Of a stretch of 64,000 nucleotides of DNA, positions 60,711-64,000 are shown one piece after another (the stretch's first letter is position 1; each line of letters starts with the position of its first letter). Where the stretch lies: contig NMRA01000139.1 in assembly GCA_002633005.1 (NCBI GenBank), positions 310,001 through 374,000 of the forward strand, read 5' to 3'. The translations under genes and the position numbers were made by a program. This stretch comes from Phoronis australis (taxonomy: Eukaryota > Animalia > Phoronida). The notes beneath the pieces were generated by a model. It made no database searches. It was given only the letters and a program-made list of their open reading frames with translations, and was not told the origin of the DNA.

Positions 60711-63700
60711 GGACATGGGCTAACATGATGGCCGTGTTTGAGCTAGAAACATCATTCGATGAGCCCGACCAGGGACAGAGTTTGCCTTTGATAGCAAAGC
60801 TGAATACGATGAACAGAGTTTGTCCTTGATAGCAAAAGCTGAATACCATGACACTTGGCAAGTTCACGAAAAAAATCGGGACGCTCACGTTCATTTAGTA
60901 AAAATTTGCTCTGTATTAAAGCTGAATACATATTATTAAACAACATAAATTTTAACCAACGTCTATTCGACTATTGGCGAAGTTATTCACCAAAAATGAA
61001 ACAAATATTCCCGATTCGGCGGGCACACTCATGCAGAGTTGTGATAAGAAGAAAATGAGGTCAATTATTGCAACAAAATCTTAACAATGAACAAAATTTT
61101 CGCCTCAGTGACTGCCGTAATGAATATTCAATCCCAAGTTCACGTTTATCGGCGATCTTGAGATTATGGATTCCAAGTTGACACGCCGCGCAGTGCATTC
61201 AGCCACAACTACTAGACACAGGCGCAGGACGGTCGCCCGATCTGACACCGACCGAAGTCAATCCATGAGTCGTACCATTCAGTCAGTGGTGGTGATCGGA
61301 GGGGTGCGGATCGCCGAGTAGGGGCCATTGAAAAGCGCGGGTGGACTCCAAGAAGGGAACCATTTATAGAGACCTTCATCGAAAATCCTTTTTTTATTCT
61401 GTTCCCGGCAGTGTCACCGGACCTTTAGTGCCGATCCTTAGTCCCACCTAGTCGCCCCGGCGGCAGCTAAACCGTACAGTGGGTACCGTACATGATGGCA
61501 TGCCTGCTGCCGGGGGTGACCATAGATTAAACAGTGTCATATTACAAGAACAACGATACGACTGAATTTACCGGCAGTTAGCAACGTCAACGTTTTGTAG
61601 CTGCTACGGGGTGTCTTCAATCAATTTTTCAGTAGTCAAGAAGTGACTTGAAGCAATCTACTCTAATAGGCGCCAAAGACAAATGGCGCGAAAGGCCTTC
61701 TTATACCACACTTAAAACAAAGGGCGAGGGACGTGACGGAAAGTGAAAATAAGGAAAGGGTCGGAAATACGAATAGTTAAAGATAGGGGCTTCATGTGGT
61801 CCGGCACGTCTTAAAAATTGCCATTCTCGTGAGGCTGAAAACCATTGTTTAGGCTGTTGTGGCTGTTATCAAGATTCCCCAACAGCACAAAGTCCACGAG
61901 AATATCGCTGCTATAATGGCCATGTGACATAAAATGTTCCGTTACCCGAAGCGAGAAACCGTTGCAGTTAGTTTTAGCTAGGGTGTGCTTTGAGACACAC
62001 CACTGACGTTCCCCCTCTCCTTTGTAGTTTTGAACACGTTGGTACAAGAAGGCTTTTCGCGCCCTTTGTCTTCATACCTGATGAAGAGTTACTCTTAGTA
62101 GGCTCGAAAATGTCTTTAATAAATAATTTTACCGGCGTTTTCAAATTCTTTAAAAAGTCTTCTACGGAAATTTAAACGGCTATAAACTCGGGTTCTGTCC
62201 ACGGAGATAACTTTTGATTTTGACCATTTAGAGCCACAGGTAGAAAATTAGTCTTACATAGACAAGAAATGACTTCTGAGCTTGCAAAAACTGTCAGTTG
62301 GTTATTCCTTGAGACCAAGTCGGCGCGTAAAATAACACCACGCGACAAGTTACTCAGCCTGGATCATGTTTCATGAAATGTGACTTAAAATTTGAGCCTG
62401 AAATTTGGTCTTCCACTTCACAATTACTAAACAAAGATTTAGTCATACAGTTACTAGCACATCTTAACCTAGAAACAGTTGATGCAAAATATTTTAGTAA
62501 ATAGCAGCTATGGCTACAAATTATTCTCATAGACTTAACTTTTCATGAAGAGAGATTTATTTAATTTTTCAGAAATAGATGTGTGGAGTGAAAAAACAAA
62601 TTTCCGACTTAAGCTTCAAATCTGCTTCGACCATGTCACAAGTTATTCTGTAATTCCTCATATAACGCCAATAGTGTTCACGTAGAATCTTTATCGTTAG
62701 GGGGCGTCCATTCTTATGAAAACCGAGTAGGCCTATGGGTCTAATTATTATAGATTTTCTGAAACATACATAGGCTGGTGAGGGAGTGACCTGACGGCCA
62801 GCCTACACTGGGAACAATTGTTTTGGAAGTACTGTCGACAAGTCGTTGGCTAGGGAGAATTCGCCCTGCGTTTTGAACGCTTTTGAAATGTAGTGAAAAA
62901 TGTGGAAGACCCTGTTGTAAAGAGGTCACAAGCTCAGTTTATTGACCATGTCTGCAGATTTTTTTACTGCAGCTGAGGACTGCCTATCCCTTTGGTAATT
63001 ACTCACTGAGTAGAGTAATGGATTGAAGTTGGAATAAGTACGTACTTACTTTCCTGAAGCGGATTCCTATGCAGTATGGGGCCCTTACATATCAGCTGGA
63101 GGTGGCACAAGAGAAAAGTCATGGACATGTCAGTGGTTGCATGTTGGTGAAATTATAAAAATGTTTTAGTTAGATATTTACGACTTACTGTGACCGTTCA
63201 TAATAGAATAGCCATCAACATTTGTATTCTACGGTTGGGATGGTAACATGCATTAAAGGGGAATATAAAAACGACTACGTAATTATTGTACAATCTGAGT
63301 ACGCAGCTCGGCGGGCAGTGTTGCATTCGAGAGATATTGCCCGTTTCCGTACACCCGTCTCTAGCAGCCCGCTTCATTTAGATGTCAGGAAGGATTCGGA
63401 CATCAGCTGAAGAACGACTGTGATGTTACAGAGCCTTCAGAACCCTATGCTGAAAAACTCGACCAGGCATGTTTGTGGACTAGTACACGTATTTCGCACC
63501 CGTTCACTGTAACTGCGAGGCTGTGTGAAGCAGTAACTGTACCTGCTAGAGCGTTAGCAGTGCGTACTGGACACTCTTTCAGAGCGTAACTGCGCACAAT
63601 TTTTTTTTGGTTTAAGCAAGTAACTGCGTAAGGAACGGGTGTATTTCGACATTGTCTTCAAATGCAGAGATCTCGCAAGTGGCAGGTGCACCATCAACTC

Positions 63701-64000
63701 TATTAACGTAACGCAGCCGCACAATGTACATGAATGCAGCGCTTAGCTTTTATGTACATAACTCCGTGAGAGTTATCTATTTTGAAGACATAGGTTTCAT
63801 ATGCAAAGAGCGTTCACGCGTAGGTTAGCTCCATGCGCGCACCCAGCCTAAAAATGGGGGCTCGAATTTTTGAGAATGTGGACCTTTTACTCACGGTTTA
63901 CGTTCAGAGCTTTGAATTGTGCATTCGCCGAATTTTGGTAATTCTTGCTTTTTAGTGGACTTTTGTCTCGTTTTCTACTTTTTTGGGGTTTTTGTTTCTC

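Noticed and set aside
63290-63500. Possible Harbinger transposase C-terminal remnant (EGFG..LKN)
   Set aside because: The resemblance is weak and needs several frameshifts.

Overview
This is AT-rich, repeat-dense genomic DNA from an animal, probably an invertebrate. It has spliceosomal introns and no operons or CRISPR. I can support three genes. (1) A canonical tRNA-Trp(CCA) at 251-322. (2) A complete 4-exon fatty-acid-binding-protein (FABP/iLBP) gene on + (CDS 13057-16240, 135 aa) that the ORF track misses. It is highly divergent: the carboxylate-binding triad is lost and two cysteines sit in the portal loops. Its promoter has TATA, CRE and M-box motifs. (3) A convergent 7.2-kb single-exon ORF on - (2396 aa) with a PLDLS CtBP motif, an AT-hook, basic repeats and a C-terminal folded region that I recognise tentatively as C15orf39-like. 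The rest is mostly transposon material: a Penelope-like retroelement with tandem hammerhead-ribozyme tails, CR1/L2-group LINE remnants, tRNA-derived SINEs, nested non-autonomous DNA elements (Tc1/mariner, Harbinger, MULE, 5-bp-TSD hAT-like), a Helentron-type element with phased CTCF-like motifs, and mini/microsatellites. All calls were made by eye and no searches were run.
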